Shown piece by piece: positions 58,531 through 64,000 of a DNA stretch of 64,000 bases. Below the pieces are notes generated by a model. It saw only the letters and a list, made by a program, of their open reading frames with translations, did no database searches and was not told the origin of the DNA. Every line of letters starts with the position of its first letter. Positions within the stretch are counted from its first letter, which is position 1. The position numbers and the translations under genes were made by a program. The stretch comes from Vicugna vicugna (lineage: Eukaryota): assembly GCA_013265495.1 (NCBI GenBank), contig MU058824.1, positions 1,453,111 to 1,517,110 on the forward strand. Direction: 5' to 3'.

Positions 58531-60339
58531 CAAGACAGGTTTGATGCGACCTTCCAGCTCTGACATTCTGTGACTTTATAACCATTTTCTAAGAAAGGAA
58601 AGGAGATCCATTGCTCCTAGAGCTCTGTCACGGTGACACCTATTCACCAGCTGACAGGTACTGAGTTGAGAGGCATCAGCATTGACCCTTCAGTGCCTGT
58701 TGGCTGGGTCCCGGAATTTCCTGTGAATTAGGTTTAGAGGGAAACACTACCCAGTCTCAAGGGAAGAGGGCATCTGAGACTGCTGCCCCTAGTCAAGACT
58801 CTAGGACCCTTAGCCTAAGCTGGCAGATGACATCCAAGTGTGGCAATGCCAGAGCACATGCCCATGGTTGTTTACACCCAGCTTACCCCACCACACCCTC
58901 AGACACTCAGGCTTCCTTGATCTTGTGTCCCTGCACGGGGTTGTGGGCAGCTTCATCTCCTGGGACTGGTGTGGGGGAAGCCTCACTCCTGCAGCATGCC
59001 CCTGGCCATTTCTGAGTCCTGTTATATTTTTGGGAAGCTGCATTTCCTGGGGCTATCACTTGCCTTCTGCTCCTGGTGGGTAAGCAAGCCCTCCCATTTC
59101 TTTTCCACTTAATCGGAGCCAAAGGAACCACTTCATTGCTATCTCAAGGGAGCCCCCAAGCCTCAGCAGCTGAGTTTGGGGATCCCTGGGGCTGCCAGAG
59201 TGCCTAAGCTGGTGAGAGGAAAGACCTGGACAGCACCATCTGCAGTTTGATTCCAACCTGGTTCCTAGGGCAGGAAAGTGGGGACTGTGGCTCTGTCACA
59301 TTTTCCAGGAGTTAAATGTTTCACTCTGAAAGAACTAGAGAAATATCTAAGGGAAGAGCTAAAGACCCCACACCAAATAGCTCCATGTTTCCAATCCACC
59401 TAAGGGCAGGGGCAGAGCAGTTCTAGCTGTTTGAGCCTTAGGAATGGGCTTAATCTCTCTGAATATCTCAGTGCTCCCAGCTGTAGAACGGAAATAATAA
59501 ATTTCCTGTGGTGATTGTGAGAATTAAATAAGAAAAATAACCCTAGTACCTAGCATGAAGTAGGTGCTTAAAACATCTATAAAAGTTGCAGAGCACTTCC
59601 ATTTCCATTCTCTAATTGGCTGGTGCTTTTTAGGAAAGGGATACATAATAAATCTCATTCTCCAGGCGAAACTGCAGCTCAAAGAAGTGTGGTGACTTGT
59701 GAAAAATCACAAATCAACTGCATGTTAGACTGGGGTCTTTCAAACATCTAAGTCCAAAGCTCTTTTTGTCTCCTCACAACTATGAAATATATTGCTTTCT
59801 GAACCCTTTAAAGAAATTATGGGAATGAAAATGAACTTGGCACATATATATTTCCTTGAGACATGACACCCGAGGAAAGTGAGAAGGGAGAAATGCCAAC
59901 TTTCAACTTTTTATTTACTTCCTTTTCTTGCTATTTCCTGAGAGGGACCTGGTTTGGAAACCAGGTTTGTTACATGCGTCTTTCCGTCATATTCTGCTTT
60001 GCTGTTTTCTAACTGTGGTGTTGTTTATGAAGACAGTGTCTAGTATGTTCTCTGGAAAGTTAACACCCCAGAAAACAAAGCCTTCTTTAGTGGTGAACAC
60101 TCAGCCTGGGGAACAGAGCAGAGACTCTCCCTGAGTCAAGAGCTCAAAACTGGGCCATGTAGAAAATGTGCAGGAAAGACCAGGTTTCGCTCTCTCTTTT
60201 GCTCTCTCACTCTTTCACTCTTGCTCTCTGCAGGCTTATAGAATTACAGTACAGGAGACCAAGGGGATGTGACCTGCCCCAGGTCAAAGAGCTGGAAAGT
60301 GGGGACACACTCCTTAATAAGATAGAAAAAGCACAGAGC

Positions 60340-60451
60340 CTTAATTTGAAAAGATACATGCACCCCAGTGTTCATAGCAGGATTATTTATAATAGCCAAG
60401 ATATGGAAGCAGCCTAAGTATCTATCAATAGAAAAATGGATAAAGATGGGA

Positions 60452-60509
<58 letters not shown>

Positions 60510-60995
60510 GGAATAGTACTCAGCCATAAAAAAGAATGAACTCTTGCCATTTGCAGCAACATGGCTGAGTACTATTCCAGTGTACGTGTGTGTGTGTGTG
60601 TGTGTATCTCCCATCTTTATCCAAGGAAAAAGGAGGGTATTATACCAAGTGTAATGTCAGACAGAGAGAGACAAATACTGTATTATATCACTTGTATGTG
60701 AACACTAAAAAGTAAGACAAACTACTGAATGTAACAAAAAAAGAAAGAGACTTGTAGATGTAGAGAACAAATTAGGGGAGAGGGAAGGAGGGAGGGGCAG
60801 GGTAGGAGTAGAAGATTAAGAGGTACAAACTACTTTGTATAAAATGGGTAAGCTACAAGGATACACAACACAGGGAATATAGCCAATATTTTATAATAAC
60901 TGTACATGGAATATAACCTTTAAAATTGTGAATCACCATGTTATACACCTGAAACCTATATAATATTGTACATCACCTATCCCTCAGTTTTAAAA
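60340..60995 (+). mobile_element. L1 (L1MA-like) 3' end containing a (CA)n microsatellite and an inverted duplication
   Basis: aaagatacatgcaccccagtgttcatagc...gtgaatcaccatgttatacacctgaaac. Confidence 0.85.
60453..60506 (+). repeat. (AC)27 microsatellite
   Basis: Perfect dinucleotide run. Confidence 0.97.
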
Positions 60996-62869
60996 AGGGC
61001 CGTCAAAAATAATAATAGTAGATTTGGCTACATAAAGATTTCTTTAAAAGTGAAGGTCACAAAATTAACAGAAAGGAGAAGATATTTGTAATATCTAAAC
61101 CTGACAAAGGATTAGTATTTGGCTTATACAAGAAATATTTGTAATCCAAGAAGAATCAGTTTCAGAGAGGGAGACTCTTGAATGGTTGACAAGTGTATGA
61201 TGAGATGCTCTGCCTCACCAGTGATTGAGAGAAATGCAAATTACAACAGCAAGATTCCATTTTATAGCCATCAATTAAAAATGTTAGAAAGTTGAGTAAT
61301 GCTCAGTGTTGGCAAACTTGTGTGCCATGTTAAACTGGCACCACCGTCTGGAGAGCAGTCTGGTAGGTTTTAGGGATGTTGGGAATATGGCTGCTAAGAT
61401 CATGTTTTCTCATGTCCCTTTGACCTTCTGCCCCTCGTTTAGGGAGTGCGATCCTGTTGGAGTGTCATAGTAGGAGGTGGTAGGGCATCATGTAGAAGGC
61501 CCTAGAGGCTCTCAGACCCAGATTAGAATCCCAGCTTTGCCCCTGTCTAATTGTAAAGTGCTAAGCACAGGGTCAGGCACATGGTAAATGCTTGATGTGT
61601 TTCTTGTTAAAAATTGCTCACGACCATCATTCCCCCATTTTAAAAAGAGGAAGCTGAAGGCAAGGAGCTTTCCAAGTGCTGACATGTTGGGAGCAGAATG
61701 CAGTTTCCTAGTCTACATCTCTCCTTTGTGTCCCCCACCTCCCTTCCCTGCCTTAGACGTTGTGCTGCTACATGTTAGGGGTGCTGAAGTGAGAAGGATT
61801 GAATTTTAGCCCCTATGACTTTCCTTCTGGGTTGTTCCTTGAGGACATCCAAAGTGACATGAAGTCATAATGACCCCCTTGAAGACTCACAACCATTATG
61901 GGACAATGTCCAGAGAAGAACATGCAAGCCACAGGGACGCTTGCCAAGAGAGATGGCAAAGAAGACAACATGAGGCATTAGGTACCCACTTTTAACAAAG
62001 GAAATGAAAACAATGGGAGATGCTGGAAAATCAACAGTCCACTTAACTTAAAAGCTGTGATGTAGTGGAAAAGGCCAGTTGGCCCCTTAAATCAGAATGA
62101 CAACCCAAAGTTTGTCACTTTCCCTATGCTACCTTGGACAAACCATTCAACCTCGCTAAGACTCTGGTTTTCTCTTCCATAAAATGGGCATAACAATGCC
62201 TCAGAATTATGAGATAATTAAATGAAGTAATTTATGCAAAGGGCATTGCACTCTCAATTATACTGAATAGATATTCAGGGCAGTACGCCGTTGGAGCTGT
62301 GTGCCTGTGCCTTCCCCTGCAGTGGGGATCTGTACCTCCCCTAGATTTCCTAAAAGTTGCCTAACTCCCCCCAAATAAGTTTATTTTTTAGAGACATAAG
62401 GGTTTTATTTTGTTTCTGTTATAAGATTAAATCTAATATTTAAAAAAATCAGACCATAAATAAAAAGAAAATTGAAAAGGAAAGCAATAGTAAACAATAG
62501 AAACCAAATGTAGTATTTTTAAAAAATCATTTTGTTGTTTTGTTGTTGTTGGATATTTTTTTAATGAACTGAGTCATCTTCTGGCTGAACTTCTCAAAAT
62601 GAAAATATGAGAGGGAGAAAAATAGAACCCAAAGCAATAACAAAACAGAGAGCAAAGTGATACAAAAAACTTTTTTTTTCTTTAATAAAAGGAATACATG
62701 TTCATGGTAAAAAAAAAATTCAAACAGTACAGAAGGATTAAGGTGAGAAATAGGTCCCTTTCACCTCTCCATTACCTCTCATCCCTGGTCCTATTAGCCA
62801 GAGGTTGCCACTCTTGACAGTAAGAAACTTTTTATTTGTTGTTTTCACATTGCAAGTGAAGTATCCATC

Positions 62870-63480
62870 TTTTGAAGGAGAAGAAGAAATTTAGAAAATT
62901 CCCAGAGGCATCCAATTTGCTAAAAGAGCATGAACTTTGTATAAAAGAATTAACTGCTTTCCAAGATCCTGACAAAATAAAGATATCAATCAAACTCCCC
63001 AAAGGAAGTCCAGATGGCCATGCAATTGAACTTTATCATGCTTATCGGCCTGGCAGTCTCCATGTCCTTGAAATACCCAGGAAAACCACTCAACAGAAAG
63101 CAACATCTGATACATATAGTGACTTCTTTACCAAACCAACCTAAAACTGGAAAAAATCCTATAAAATTGTTCCCTGGCACAGGATTCCTAATGGACATGG
63201 AAGCAAACTTCCTTCCAGACCCATCCTTTAAACGTAGACATGGATCTATCTGAAGTCAGGGGCTCTTAGGGTCACACACTTGTGCAGGGTCATGTAATAT
63301 CAGAAAAAGGCAGTATCACTGATCATATAAAGTGGATCATCTCAAAGCATTTGACAACATACAGTGTATTTTCAAATTTTAGAAGCACTTGAAAATAGAA
63401 CAATTGAACATGCTGGATTTTATTAAAATCACCTATGAAGTTTGAGTGGCTGGAATATTAAGAAGTGGGCAAAGAGTAAC
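62870..63480 (+). mobile_element. Ancient, highly diverged L1 ORF2 (reverse transcriptase) fragment
   Basis: Translations LPKGSPDG, PKTGK..FLMDMEANFL, CNIRK and VDHLKAFDNIQ appear in the same order as L1 ORF2 KKSPGPDG, PKPG..SLMNIDAKIL, FNIRK and IDAEKAFDKIQ. Confidence 0.65.
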
Positions 63481-63544
63481 TAAAATATCACTTCAGTTGG
63501 ATGCCACTTTTTCTTTGTCCTTTGGGGGGTTTTTTTGTATATAT

Positions 63545-64000
63545 ATTTTTTTATTGAAGTATAGTCAGTTTACAATGTTGTGCTGTTCTGGTGTACAGCA
63601 TAATGCTTCAATCATACATGAACAAATGCATTAATTTTCATATTCTTTTTCACCGTAAGTTACTACAAGATATTGAATATAATTCCATATGCAATATAGT
63701 ATGAACTTGTTATTTATGTATTTTATTTATGCTAGTTAGTATCTGCAAATCTCAAACTCCCAATTTATCCCTTCCCACCCTTTGCCCCTACCCCATAACC
63801 ATATATTTGTTTTATATGTCTGTTAGCCTGTTTCTGTTTTGTAAATAAGTTTGTTTGTCTTTTTTTAGATTCCACATGTAAGTGATATCATATGGTATTT
63901 TTATTTCTCATTCTGGTTTACTTCACTTAGAATGACAATCTCCAGGTCCATCCATGTTGCTGCAAATGACATTATTTTATTTTTTATGGCTGAGTAGTAT
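63545..64000 (-). mobile_element. L1 3' end, antisense, continuing past the window edge
   Basis: ttttttattgaagtatagtcagtttacaatgttg...ttagattccacatgtaagtgatatcatatggtattt...ccatgttgctgcaaatg. Confidence 0.88.

Noticed and set aside
60244..60614. ORFs containing CVCVCV / THTHTH runs
   Set aside because: Translations of the (CA)n microsatellite and antisense L1 sequence

Overview
Mammalian genomic DNA, probably camelid judging from three tRNA-derived vic-1-like SINEs. The window holds the whole ANKS6 gene (ankyrin repeat and SAM domain protein 6; NPHP16/SamCystin) on the + strand: CpG-island promoter, ATG at 783, and 15 coding exons with canonical GT-AG junctions ending at TGA 47939-47941. A probable alternative 16th terminal exon starts at 51759, with a poly(A) signal near 53084. 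The rest is intronic and intergenic sequence full of L1, L2, MIR, MaLR LTR, hAT DNA transposon and SINE remnants. Main anomalies: (1) a 91-bp tandem duplication in exon 1 that frameshifts ANKS6 as assembled (null allele or assembly artefact; removing one copy restores an 871-aa ORF); (2) an alternative last exon that appears to have lost its stop codon; (3) a fold-back inverted duplication inside an L1 that copied a (CA)n tract; (4) inverted L1 structures; (5) an orphan promoter-like CpG element downstream of the gene. I found no convincing novel multi-gene system. Repeat family names come from recalled consensus sequences, not from a search.
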